Shown piece after piece: positions 42,403 to 51,927 of a stretch of DNA of 64,000 bases. The DNA is from an uncultured Gemmatimonadaceae bacterium (lineage in GTDB: Bacteria > Gemmatimonadota > Gemmatimonadetes > Gemmatimonadales > Gemmatimonadaceae), in assembly GCA_966112585.1 (NCBI GenBank), contig CBHWDN010000017.1, positions 35,135-99,134 of the forward strand, read 5' to 3'. Below the pieces are notes generated by a model that was not told where the DNA came from, did no database searches, and saw nothing but the letters and a program-made list of their open reading frames with translations. A program made the translations under genes and the position numbers. Every line of letters begins with the position of its first letter. Positions within the stretch are counted from its first letter, which is position 1.

Positions 42403-44229
42403 ATGACATCCCCCTATGCCCGTGGTGCAGCGCGACCCGCGCCGGGCACGATCAATGCGCTCTTTTTCGACGCGGTCGAGCGTCATGATCGCAAAGACGC
42501 GCTGCTGCACAAAGTGAATGGCGTGTGGGAGCCGATCTCCCACCGCACGATTCTCGAGCGCGTTCGACGCACGGCGCTGGGCCTGGCGAAGCTCGGAATC
42601 GCGGCTCAGGATCGCGTGTCGATTCTGTCGGAGAATCGCCCCGAGTGGTTGATCGCCGACTACGCCTGTCTGTGCAGCTCGATCACCGATGTGCCGATCT
42701 ATCCCACGTTGCCGGCGGAGCAGATTCCGTATCTGTTGAACGATTCCGGTGCGCGCGCGATCTTCGTGAGCACGCCGGATCAGGCCAGGAAGATCGCCTC
42801 GATTCGCGCGCAGCTGCCAAAGCTCGAATGTGTCATTGGCTTTTCCGCCACCAGGGAAGACGGCTGCGATTACACGCTGGCCGAAATCGAAGCGATGGGC
42901 GCGCAGGACGATTCGAGCGATCGCGCGACGTCATTCAAACAGGCGGCGCTCGCGGTCGCGCCAGATCAGCTCATCACGCTGATCTACACATCGGGCACGA
43001 CGGGCAATCCGAAAGGCGTGATGCTCTCGCAGGACAACGTCTACTCGAATTGCATTGCCGTGCGTGACGCACTGCAGGTCAGTTCGAGCGACCTGGCGCT
43101 GAGCTTCCTGCCGCTGAGTCACATCTTCGAGCGTACCGGTGACTACTTCCTGTTCTCGATGGGTGTGCGCATCGCGTACGCCGAATCGATCGACACGGTG
43201 CCGGTGAACATGTCGGAGGTGAAGCCGAGCTTCATGATGTCGGTGCCGCGCCTCTATGAAAAGATCTATGCGCGCGTGCTCGAGAACGCCGTGGCGGGTG
43301 GTGGCCTCAAGAAGCAGATCTTTTTCTGGGCCAAGCGTGTTGGTGAGCGATGGGCCAATGAACGGTTGGCCGGTCGCACACCGGGCGGTGTGCTCGGGAT
43401 GCAGTACGGCATCGCGCGGAAGCTCGTCTTTTCAAAGCTGCACGAGCGCACGGGCGGCAATCTCAAGTTCTTCGTGTCGGGTGGTGCGCCGCTGTCGCCC
43501 GAAATTGCGAAGTTCTTTTTCTCGGCGGGTCTCACGATTCTCGAAGGCTACGGCCTTACCGAGACGTCGCCGGTGATTTCGTGCAATACCGAGAAAGAGA
43601 TCCGTATCGGCAGCGTAGGCAAGCCGATCGCCGGCGTCGAAGTGATGATCGCTGACGATGGTGAGATTCTGTCGCGCGGCCCGCATATCATGCAGGGGTA
43701 CTTCAACAACCCGGCGGCAACAGCTGAAGCGATCGACGCCGAAGGGTGGTTTCACACCGGCGATATCGGTGTGCTTGAAGACGGCTACCTGCGGATCACC
43801 GATCGCAAGAAGGACATCATCGTTACCGCGGGCGGCAAGAACATCGCGCCACAGCCAATCGAGAACCTGCTCAAGACGAACAAGTACGTGTCGCAGGCGG
43901 TGATGATCGGCGACAAACGCAAGTTCCCGGTGGTACTGATCGTGCCAAACTGGGACAGCCTGGAGAAGTGGGCGGCGTCGCAGAACATCGTGTGGACATC
44001 GCGAGCGGAGCTGCTGCAGATGCCCACGATCAACGCCAAGATGGAGAAGGAGATCAAGGCACAGATGGCCGGCCTGGCGCACTTTGAGACGCCCAAGAAG
44101 ATCGCGTTGCTCGAGCACGACTTCAGCATCGAGCGTGGTGAGCTGACGCCCAAGCTCAGCGTGAAGCGCAAGGTCGTGACGGAACGCTACAAGTCGATCA
44201 TCGACGGGTTGTACGCGGGCACCGACTAG
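42403..44229 (+). CDS. Long-chain-fatty-acid--CoA ligase (AMP-dependent)
   Basis: YTSGTTGNPKG, GYGLTET, FHTGDIG, RKKDIIVTAGGKN. Confidence 0.93.
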   Translation: MTSPYARGAARPAPGTINALFFDAVERHDRKDALLHKVNGVWEPISHRTILERVRRTALGLAKLGIAAQDRVSILSENRPEWLIADYACLCSSITDVPIYPTLPAEQIPYLLNDSGARAIFVSTPDQARKIASIRAQLPKLECVIGFSATREDGCDYTLAEIEAMGAQDDSSDRATSFKQAALAVAPDQLITLIYTSGTTGNPKGVMLSQDNVYSNCIAVRDALQVSSSDLALSFLPLSHIFERTGDYFLFSMGVRIAYAESIDTVPVNMSEVKPSFMMSVPRLYEKIYARVLENAVAGGGLKKQIFFWAKRVGERWANERLAGRTPGGVLGMQYGIARKLVFSKLHERTGGNLKFFVSGGAPLSPEIAKFFFSAGLTILEGYGLTETSPVISCNTEKEIRIGSVGKPIAGVEVMIADDGEILSRGPHIMQGYFNNPAATAEAIDAEGWFHTGDIGVLEDGYLRITDRKKDIIVTAGGKNIAPQPIENLLKTNKYVSQAVMIGDKRKFPVVLIVPNWDSLEKWAASQNIVWTSRAELLQMPTINAKMEKEIKAQMAGLAHFETPKKIALLEHDFSIERGELTPKLSVKRKVVTERYKSIIDGLYAGTD

Positions 44230-44240
44230 CGGCGTAACAA

Positions 44241-44864
44241 CTATTCCGCGCGTCGGCGGAGCTCTACGAGCCCGCTGGCGCGCTTGGTTGTTTCGGCGAC
44301 CCACTCTTCGCTGTCGCGCGCGATTTCACGCAGGTCGCCGGGACGCTCGACGACGGTCGAGGTGAGGACGCGTCCGCCCACGCGCAGTGCGCGGATGATG
44401 CTCGTGAGCATCTGGGAGCCGCCGTGCACCGGATCGACCGCGGCGGCGGAGATCGTTTCGATACCGAGCGGCAATCGATCGGCTCTGTAAAGTCGCGAGA
44501 GCATTGGCACGTTCGCGTCAGCATCAGCCGGCGCGTCAAGCCACAGCTGCGGGACATCCACCAACTCGGCAATCGCTGCGCCGGCGCGCGCGTAGTGTCC
44601 GGTAAGCAGCAGCGGCGATTGACCTGAAGCGGCGCCGAGCAGCGCCGCAACACGCGTTGCCGCCGACTGGCCTTCGCTCGCGACTCGCTCCGCACCACCG
44701 AACGTTGCACGAGATTCGCGCACAGTGAACTCGGCCCCGCACATGGGACAGGCGAGATCGGCGTCGACAAGCGTGACGCCAGTGGAACGTGCCACCATCG
44801 CCACCAGCCACGATTCTTCGTGATCACGCGGGCAGCGCAGCGCGTCGAGCAGGTCACGGTGCAT
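44241..44864 (-). CDS. Trm112-like Zn-ribbon fused to a degenerate methyltransferase-like domain
   Basis: LLDALRCP...LACPMCGAEF; RLPL..; IRALRVGGRVL. Confidence 0.5.
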   Translation of the reverse strand: MHRDLLDALRCPRDHEESWLVAMVARSTGVTLVDADLACPMCGAEFTVRESRATFGGAERVASEGQSAATRVAALLGAASGQSPLLLTGHYARAGAAIAELVDVPQLWLDAPADADANVPMLSRLYRADRLPLGIETISAAAVDPVHGGSQMLTSIIRALRVGGRVLTSTVVERPGDLREIARDSEEWVAETTKRASGLVELRRRAE

Positions 44865-44886
44865 TGGAAAACCTGGCGACCAGCGT

Positions 44887-45600
44887 TCAGGAACGACTGA
44901 GGCGCAGCTCGTCGATGTTCACATGCGCGGGACGCGTGACCGCCCACAGCACCGCATCGGCGACATCGTCCGCACGCAGCATCGCCGCGCGAGGCGGAAA
45001 GCCAGGCGTGTTGTCAGGATCGACGGGATCCCAGATCGGTGTGTCGGTCGCTGCGGGCGACACGAGTGTGCAGCGAATGCCCGATCCGGCGAGCTCGTCG
45101 CGAAGCACTTCATGCATCGCGCGCGCGCCGAACTTGCTGGCCGAGTACGCGCTGTTGCCGCTGAAGATGCGCCGATCGGCGATCGAGCCAATACTCACGA
45201 TATGTCCGCCTCTCGCCGTTCGCATGGTGGCGAGTACGGCATGCAGCACGCGATACGGCGCCACCAGATTCGACTGCATGGTGCGCTCGAACTCCGCCGG
45301 CGTTGTCGCCTCGAGCGGCGCCATCGGAAACACACCGGCGTTGTTGACCAGCACGTCGACCCGGCCCCCGAGCGAAGCGATGGCCGCCGGGAGTATGGCA
45401 GCGACCTGTCCGGCATCCGACAGGTCGACCACGTGGACCGACGCGGCGTCGCCCAATTCCCGGGCAAGCGATTCGAGATCACCGCGATTGCGCGCGCAGA
45501 GCGCGACGCGCGCGCCGGCCTGCGCCAAACGAGTCGCCACCGCGCGACCAATGCCGCGTGATGCGCCGGTGACGATCGCGGTGCGCCCGGAGAGACTCAC
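44887..45600 (-). CDS. SDR oxidoreductase, candidate sepiapterin-reductase-like
   Basis: TGASRGIG, NNAG, YSASK; directly downstream of folE. Confidence 0.88.
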   Translation of the reverse strand: MSLSGRTAIVTGASRGIGRAVATRLAQAGARVALCARNRGDLESLARELGDAASVHVVDLSDAGQVAAILPAAIASLGGRVDVLVNNAGVFPMAPLEATTPAEFERTMQSNLVAPYRVLHAVLATMRTARGGHIVSIGSIADRRIFSGNSAYSASKFGARAMHEVLRDELAGSGIRCTLVSPAATDTPIWDPVDPDNTPGFPPRAAMLRADDVADAVLWAVTRPAHVNIDELRLSRS

Positions 45601-45611
45601 GATGGCCGAGC

Positions 45612-46247
45612 TCAGAGTCGGGTGGGCGAATGCGCCAGCCGCAGGAACTCGCTCCGCGTCTTGCTGTCGGTGCGAAAGAGACCGCGCAACGATGAGGTGA
45701 TCGTGGACGAATTTTGCTTCTCCACGCCGCGCATCATCATGCACAGGTGCATCGCCTCGATCACCACGCCCACCCCCTTGGGCTGGAGTACATCCTCGAT
45801 CGCATCAGCGATCTGCTCGCCCAATCGCTCCTGCACCTGCAGGCGGCGTGCGAACACTTCCACCACGCGCGGAAGCTTCGAAAGGCCCACGATCTTGCCA
45901 TTCGGGATATAGGCCACGTGCACCTTCCCGAAAAATGGCAGCATGTGATGCTCGCAGAGCGAATACATCTCGATGTCGCGCACCATCACCATGTTCTCGT
46001 GCTCTTCTTCGAACAGGGCGTCGCCGATGATCTTGCGCGGATCGAGATCGTAGCCGCGCGTCAGCCAGGCCATCGCCTTGGCCACACGACTGGGCGTTTT
46101 CAGCAGCCCGCCCCGCTCCGGGTCTTCACCAAGCAGCGAAAGCTGCTTCCGCACCATCTCCTCATATTCGGTCAGTCGCTCATTCACGACACCGACCTCT
46201 TCCGGGTCCATCGACTGGCCGTTGTTTGGCGCCTGAGTGGAACGCAT
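45612..46247 (-). CDS. folE: GTP cyclohydrolase I
   Basis: [43 protein letters not shown]. Confidence 0.96.
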   Translation of the reverse strand: MRSTQAPNNGQSMDPEEVGVVNERLTEYEEMVRKQLSLLGEDPERGGLLKTPSRVAKAMAWLTRGYDLDPRKIIGDALFEEEHENMVMVRDIEMYSLCEHHMLPFFGKVHVAYIPNGKIVGLSKLPRVVEVFARRLQVQERLGEQIADAIEDVLQPKGVGVVIEAMHLCMMMRGVEKQNSSTITSSLRGLFRTDSKTRSEFLRLAHSPTRL

Positions 46248-46251
46248 CAGC

Positions 46252-46665
46252 TCACTGCCCCTCGTAGTCGACATAGTTGTTTTCGGTCTCCCAAAGGCGC
46301 AAACGGACGAGTTGCGCGGGAGCGATCGCCGGCGCCAGCACGCGCCACATCTGCACCACGATATTCTCCGTGGTGGGATTGACCCCCTGCATGTAGGGCA
46401 CGTCGATATTGAAGTTGCGATGATCGGTCACATCGATGACGTCGCGTTCGACGAGATCGCGTAACTGCCCCAGGTCGATCACATAGCCGGTGACGTCATC
46501 GATCGGTCCCTTGACCGACACGTCCAGATGGTAGTTGTGCCCGTGCCAATTGGGATTGTTGCACTTGCCGAAGAGCCGGGTATTGTCGGCGTCGGAGAGC
46601 GCCGGATTATGCACGCGATGGGCGGCGTTGAAGCGCAGCCGACGTGTCACCGTAACGATGGGCAT
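46252..46665 (-). CDS. 6-pyruvoyl-tetrahydropterin synthase, PTPS-II (mammalian-like) type
   Basis: [17 protein letters not shown] (CX5HGH), TTEN, LWETENN. Confidence 0.88.
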   Translation of the reverse strand: MPIVTVTRRLRFNAAHRVHNPALSDADNTRLFGKCNNPNWHGHNYHLDVSVKGPIDDVTGYVIDLGQLRDLVERDVIDVTDHRNFNIDVPYMQGVNPTTENIVVQMWRVLAPAIAPAQLVRLRLWETENNYVDYEGQ

Positions 46666-46728
46666 GCCAGATCAACTCAGTCGAAGGGGGAGCAGTTCCC
46701 TCCCGTTCGCAATTTAACGCCGGAAACA

Positions 46729-46761
46729 GCAAAGGCCCCGTCGCGATGACGGAGCCTTTGC
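46729..46761 (-). terminator. Terminator hairpin after the 6S RNA
   Basis: GCAAAGGCTCCGTC/GACGGGGCCTTTGC followed by TGTTT. Confidence 0.75.
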
Positions 46762-46927
46762 AAAAATACGGGAACGAAGAGGTGGTCTTGAAGCCCAAAG
46801 AAAAATAATGAGACTCTCACCGTGCTACCGCCTTCCCCGCACTGGGGCATGACGTTCACCCGTTTGTCGAGCCCTCTCTGAGGACTTATCGGCTCAAGAA
46901 GTAAAGCTCTCCGTACCCGCGTTCTTC
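46762..46927 (-). ncRNA. ssrS: 6S RNA
   Basis: About 165-nt rod: GCGGG..GAGAG pairs with CTCTT..CCCGT; CTTGAGCC pairs with GGCTTCAAG around an AU-rich central bubble; CTTGAGCCGATA resembles E. coli 6S CCTGAGCCGATA. Confidence 0.75.
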
Positions 46928-46992
46928 ACTACGACGCCCAAGCTAGAGAGGCGTCACAGCGCGCGCAATACAAGATCCTGCTAGATTGCGGT

Positions 46993-47166
46993 ATGGACCT
47001 GATGCTCATCGGCGGAATTGTGATGTTGGTCGCGTGGGCCGCGCTCACGATCATGACCGAAGCCCCCGGCTTCGTACACCTGCTCCTCACGGCAGGTGTC
47101 TTTCTCGTGATCTGGCGCATCGTCGTGCGCGACACACCAGACGGACCGAACTCAAAATCGAAGTAA
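46993..47166 (+). CDS. Small membrane protein (57 aa, lmo0937-like; not in ORF track)
   Basis: MDLMLIGGIVMLVAWAALTIMTEAPGFVHLLLTAGVFLVIWRIVVRDTPDGPNSKSK*. Confidence 0.7.
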   Translation: MDLMLIGGIVMLVAWAALTIMTEAPGFVHLLLTAGVFLVIWRIVVRDTPDGPNSKSK

Positions 47167-47229
47167 CGCCACGGCGAGTTCCGAACGAACGCGAGGCGAC
47201 ACGCGCGCGAACGCGCGCGACCGTGCGTT

Positions 47230-48207
47230 TCAGATTTCCCAGTTCGAAAGAATCATGCCGTCGGCTGGGGGAACTTCGGTCCACCCGTGCACGCTCATGC
47301 GCAGGTCCGTCCAGCGGACGCGCGCCCCGAGCGCCATCAGCGTGCGATAGGCCTCCGGGTAGTCGCCCTGCAATCGGATCGCGACGCGACGGGTGCCGCT
47401 ACGTCTCGCCATATCCGTGAGCGCACCAAGCAGACGTGGAAGCTCCGAGCGACGCGAGACGACCAGCTTGAGCACACGCAGTTCGTCGCGGACACGCCCC
47501 TCAACCAGCGGTGCGGTGTGACAGAGCGCAAATCCTGTGGGAGCGGCAGCGTCGCCCAACAGCACCGTGTCGCCCAACTGCAGCTGCTCGGTGAGCTCGA
47601 GCTCGCGCGTGAAGTCGTACCCCGGCATCACCTGCGACGTGAGCAGACGGCAGGCCGCGATCGTGTCCACCTGCTCCTGACTTGACCGCTGCGACAACAA
47701 CGGCGCCGGGCGCTCGCCCAACTGCGCATCGAGCGTCAGCGTCACCGTCAGGTAACCGGGGACGAAACCAAGGTTCGAGTAGAAGCCGATGTTGTCCATC
47801 GTGCGCGGCATCGTTTCGAGGCCAATCACTTTGACCTTCTGGCCGCGAAGCCAGCGCATGCCACTCTGCACGATGATCTTGCCAAGCCCGGCACCCTGAT
47901 GATCAGGGCGCACGCACAGCGGCCCCATCCACCCTTCGGTGCCGGAGTGATGCGCCATGTTGAACGCCGCAATGCGACCGCGTTCATCGCGCCAGCACAA
48001 CGCGCCGTCGCCAGCGTCGGCAATCGCGTAGCGCCAGATCGAGGGATTGAGTGGCGGCACGCGAACACCGGTCATGCCGTCTTTCCGGTAGCGCTCAGTG
48101 AACGACTCGGCGAACACCTCGTTCAGCTGTGGAATGTCCTCGGCAGTGGCAACGAAGGGTCCTTCCACGGGACGTGTTGAGCGATAGGGGCGTGAGGTGA
48201 CGGCCAC
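47230..48207 (-). CDS. GNAT family N-acetyltransferase (probable tandem GNAT)
   Basis: GPLCVRPDHQGAGLGK, FYSNLGF; start uncertain (GTG at 48207). Confidence 0.85.
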   Translation of the reverse strand: MAVTSRPYRSTRPVEGPFVATAEDIPQLNEVFAESFTERYRKDGMTGVRVPPLNPSIWRYAIADAGDGALCWRDERGRIAAFNMAHHSGTEGWMGPLCVRPDHQGAGLGKIIVQSGMRWLRGQKVKVIGLETMPRTMDNIGFYSNLGFVPGYLTVTLTLDAQLGERPAPLLSQRSSQEQVDTIAACRLLTSQVMPGYDFTRELELTEQLQLGDTVLLGDAAAPTGFALCHTAPLVEGRVRDELRVLKLVVSRRSELPRLLGALTDMARRSGTRRVAIRLQGDYPEAYRTLMALGARVRWTDLRMSVHGWTEVPPADGMILSNWEI

Positions 48208-48211
48208 GCGA

Positions 48212-50677
48212 CTAGGCTCCGGCCAGGATTGAATCGCCGTCGAGCGATTCGGTGAAGACATCGTCGGCGGGGACCCGGCCGGAGACCGTCGACACGACGC
48301 TCGCGCCGCGCGCTTCGTCGAAACGCACCTGGACCAGACGATCGAGTCCTTCGCGCACCTGCTCGATGTGCGTAATCACGATGACTTGTTCGAAGCGATC
48401 ATTGAGCCTCCGCAGCAGCTCCACCACGTTCGCGCGACGGGTCTCATCGAGCGAGCCGAATACTTCATCGAGAATCAGCAACGAGAAGGCCTGGCCTGCA
48501 CGCTCGGCGATCATCTGCGAAATCGCCAACCGCAGCACGAGATTGCACAGGTCCTCTTCGCCACCGGAGATCACCGGCTTTGGGACACCGCTTTCGATGA
48601 CCAGCAACCGGTATTCTTCATCGAACTGCAACGAATTGTATCGTCCATCGGTGAGGTCGGCGAGAAAGCCACTCGCGATTTCCGCCAGCTCCGGACGCAA
48701 TTGGAAGTTGAGGTCCGTTCGCAGGTCGGTCAGCGCGCGATCGAGCTCGTCGTGCAAGCGCTTCTCTCGCTCGAGTGTATCGAGAGCGCCCTGAAGTCGG
48801 GCCAGTTCCCGGCGGCCATGCTCAGCCGCATCCAGAGCCATCCGCGCCCGGTCCGCTTCGGCGCCAGCCGCCACCGCTTCCAGCTCGGCGCGTCGCGCTT
48901 CCGCTGAGGCGAGCTCGAACGCTTCGCGCACGCGCGCGTACGCCGGCTCATCGAGCGAAACGGCTCCGCGCTGCGACTCGAGACGGAGCACCGTGGCCCG
49001 CGCCGCTTCTCGTGACGCCATTGACCGCGCATGCTCGCTGCGTGTGACCTCCTCGCGCTCGACCTGCGCCCCCAGACGCGCTGTTCGAGTCTCGAGCGCT
49101 TGCAGCTTGCTCATCGTCGAGCGCAACTCAGCGTGACGCGCCGAATCGTATCCCACCGGCAAGGCAGCCAGCTGCTTCGTCGCCTCGGCCGTGCGTTCGG
49201 CCACACGGCTGCGCTGCTCGGCGATGGTCGCTGCTTCCTGCACGCCGGCCTGGATGCGAGCGAATCGACGCTCGGTCGACGCGAGCTCTTCCTGATGCGC
49301 TCGACGCTGCGTATCGAGTGCTTCAATCGGTGAAGGGAGCGCCGTCAGTTGTTCGACGCGCTGTCGGTAGTAGTTGCCGTCGATGCGCACCGTTTCCAGC
49401 TGTTCACGCACCAACTCCAACACGCCATGATAGCTCGCTCCCAGCGGGCGACCGCAGGTTGGACACGGGCTTTCCTCGCCGAGTCCTTCGAGCGTATCGC
49501 GCTGGGTGGAGAGATCGGTGTATTGCGTGCGCAGCGCGTCAAGTCGCGTTTCGGCTTCCTGACGATCCCGCGCCCACGCGGTGCGTTCCTCATCGAGCTG
49601 TCGCTCGACTTCGGCCAGTGTGTTGCGCAGGGCGAGCAGCTGCTGCTGCGCTTCGCGCTCGAGGGTGGGCGCTGATTCAAGGCGCGCCGCGCGATCGGCC
49701 AGCTTGGCCTCTTCCTCAGCAAGCACCTTCACACGCTCGAGCAGCGCTACACGGCCTGACTCAGCGGCGGCCAACTCCTCCTGTTGCGCGAGCGCCTCGC
49801 GAACCGGACCCATCGCCACGAGTTCCGTTCGCAGCGGCAGCAGCTCCGCGTGCGCGGCCGCGACGGCAGCAAGGTCGCGTTCGAGTCGATCGATCTCGCG
49901 CGTTGCGTTGGCCTCTTCATTCTCCGCGACGCGCAGCTCAGCGAGCAGTTGTTGCACCTGTTCGCGTTGCAACTGTGCGTCGCGCCACTGCGGCGTTATC
50001 GAAGAAAGCGATGCCGCGGTAACGGCCTGCGACTCCGCGGCTTCAGCCGCGCGCATCTTTCCGGCCGCGACCCGCGCTTCGGCGTCGGCCATTGCGCGCC
50101 AAATGGCGTCGGGATCCGGCATGCCCTGACGCACGCCGTTGATCTCGGCCACGATGGCGCGACGCCGTTCACGCGCGAGCTCCTGCGCACCACTCAGGCG
50201 ATCGTAGCCGAGTACCCGTGACAGGAAGCGCGCGCGCTCGGCGGGGCCGAGCAGCTTCATGACATCGAGTTCCTTCTGTTCCGTGAAGTACGTATGAAAG
50301 AACTCAGCGCGCGTCATTCCCAGCCGACGCTGCAACAGCTCCGTGACACCGGTGATCGTATTCGCGATCGGTGTTTCGGCGCCGTCGAGGAAACACTCGG
50401 CGTTCGTGAGCCCGCGGAGCACGCGATAGCGATGACCCGCGAGCTCAAAAATCAGTTCAACGCGAACCGCTGCACGCGGCGGCGCACCCGAGAAGCGAAT
50501 GCTGTCGCGCGTTCCGCGCGCTGCCGGATTGCCGTACAGTGCCCACGCGATCGCTTCGAGAATCGTGCTCTTGCCCGATCCATTGGGGCCAATGATGCCC
50601 GTCAGCCCCTTCTCGAACGTCAGCGTCGTGTCCGCGTGCTGACGGAAGTTCTGCAGGCGAAGTGAATGCAGTCGCAT
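48212..50677 (-). CDS. sbcC: SbcC/Rad50-like SMC ATPase
   Basis: LQNFRQH, GPNGSGKS, coiled coil with CPTC zinc hook, ISGGE, LILDEVFGSLD. Confidence 0.9.
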   Translation of the reverse strand: MRLHSLRLQNFRQHADTTLTFEKGLTGIIGPNGSGKSTILEAIAWALYGNPAARGTRDSIRFSGAPPRAAVRVELIFELAGHRYRVLRGLTNAECFLDGAETPIANTITGVTELLQRRLGMTRAEFFHTYFTEQKELDVMKLLGPAERARFLSRVLGYDRLSGAQELARERRRAIVAEINGVRQGMPDPDAIWRAMADAEARVAAGKMRAAEAAESQAVTAASLSSITPQWRDAQLQREQVQQLLAELRVAENEEANATREIDRLERDLAAVAAAHAELLPLRTELVAMGPVREALAQQEELAAAESGRVALLERVKVLAEEEAKLADRAARLESAPTLEREAQQQLLALRNTLAEVERQLDEERTAWARDRQEAETRLDALRTQYTDLSTQRDTLEGLGEESPCPTCGRPLGASYHGVLELVREQLETVRIDGNYYRQRVEQLTALPSPIEALDTQRRAHQEELASTERRFARIQAGVQEAATIAEQRSRVAERTAEATKQLAALPVGYDSARHAELRSTMSKLQALETRTARLGAQVEREEVTRSEHARSMASREAARATVLRLESQRGAVSLDEPAYARVREAFELASAEARRAELEAVAAGAEADRARMALDAAEHGRRELARLQGALDTLEREKRLHDELDRALTDLRTDLNFQLRPELAEIASGFLADLTDGRYNSLQFDEEYRLLVIESGVPKPVISGGEEDLCNLVLRLAISQMIAERAGQAFSLLILDEVFGSLDETRRANVVELLRRLNDRFEQVIVITHIEQVREGLDRLVQVRFDEARGASVVSTVSGRVPADDVFTESLDGDSILAGA

Positions 50678-50678
50678 G

Positions 50679-51875
50679 CTAGCCGTCCAACACGGGCAGT
50701 GCGGCCATGGCCGCTTCTTCGGCCTGCTGCAGGTACTGCATGCCGAGTGCGACCAGTGCCTCGCGCTCGACGTTCTCTGGAAGCACCCGATCGCGCAGGC
50801 GTTCGGCAAGCACCTCGTGCAACGTCTGACGGCGGCCCGCTCCACCATCGCCGCTCTTGCGACGCGACAGCGGTTCCGGACGACGCGCATCGAGATGAAA
50901 GTGCATCGCGCGTTTGCGATACTCGCGAAGCGCCGCATGATCGAGCTCGCGCACGATGTGGCGCGGCACATTGCGAATGGTCACGCGCACCACGCGGTCG
51001 TCGATGCCTCCTGACGCGGTGTCGACGCGGGACAGAATCGCCTTGTCGAGATCGGCGGCGCTCATGCCGCTGGCATCGATCGGTTCGAGATCAAGGAGCG
51101 GACGGGCGGGCGCAACCGGGTGAAAGCGATGGGCGCCGGATACGAGATCATGCTCGATGAACCCCTTGCCCGGCACCTTGTTGTCGCGCTCCTCACGCAG
51201 CTCACCCCACGGATTGCTGCTCGTGTAGTCGAGCGATCCGCTGTAGAACGCGCCCGGGGCCACTTCGCGATAGACATGGTAGTGTCCCAGCGCGACGTAG
51301 CCCCAGCGATCGGCATGCAGCTCTTCCGGTGCGATTTCAATCGCCGCGCGATCGGCGGGCGCCGCATGCGCGGGCAGAATGCCGGCCACTTCGCCGTGCA
51401 TCAACAACACGGTGTGATCAAAACCATCCGGCGGCAGCAGGGGCGGCCGATCGATCCCGGGCACATCGGGCACGGCGAGCACCGCGAGCGACTGCGACGC
51501 GAAGGTGAACAGTTCGGCCTTTGCATCCGCGACATGCACTCCGATTTCACGAAAGAGCCGCAGAATACAGCCCGTCTCCGCGGTGCGCGGCGCGTCGTGA
51601 TTGCCGGCGACCATCACGATCGGCGTATCTGGCAGCGCCTCGCGCAGCAGATTGAAAACGCGATACGCGTGCAAAATGGCCGGATTCGACGGACGCACTG
51701 AGTGAAACACATCGCCGCCCACTACGATCAGCTCAGGCGCCAGCGCGACAATTTGTTGCGCCGCGCGCTGCACTGTCTGCGCGACGTCCGCCTCTCGCTG
51801 ATTGATACCGGTCGGCGTAAGCCGCTGGTACTGGCGAAAGCCAAGGTGCAAGTCGGCGAGGTGAACAAGGCGCAT
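50679..51875 (-). CDS. sbcD: SbcD/Mre11-like metallophosphoesterase nuclease
   Basis: ADLHLG, GGDVF, GNHD, HG, LGHYH, YSGS. Confidence 0.92.
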   Translation of the reverse strand: MRLVHLADLHLGFRQYQRLTPTGINQREADVAQTVQRAAQQIVALAPELIVVGGDVFHSVRPSNPAILHAYRVFNLLREALPDTPIVMVAGNHDAPRTAETGCILRLFREIGVHVADAKAELFTFASQSLAVLAVPDVPGIDRPPLLPPDGFDHTVLLMHGEVAGILPAHAAPADRAAIEIAPEELHADRWGYVALGHYHVYREVAPGAFYSGSLDYTSSNPWGELREERDNKVPGKGFIEHDLVSGAHRFHPVAPARPLLDLEPIDASGMSAADLDKAILSRVDTASGGIDDRVVRVTIRNVPRHIVRELDHAALREYRKRAMHFHLDARRPEPLSRRKSGDGGAGRRQTLHEVLAERLRDRVLPENVEREALVALGMQYLQQAEEAAMAALPVLDG

Positions 51876-51927
51876 TCGCTAAAGATAGCGAATAAGCCTC
51901 TCTGGATGTGTCGTTGTCACACGCCCG

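Noticed and set aside
46252-46665. queD (queuosine pathway)
   Set aside because: The motif is CX5HGH rather than CX3HGH, and no queC/E/F is nearby.
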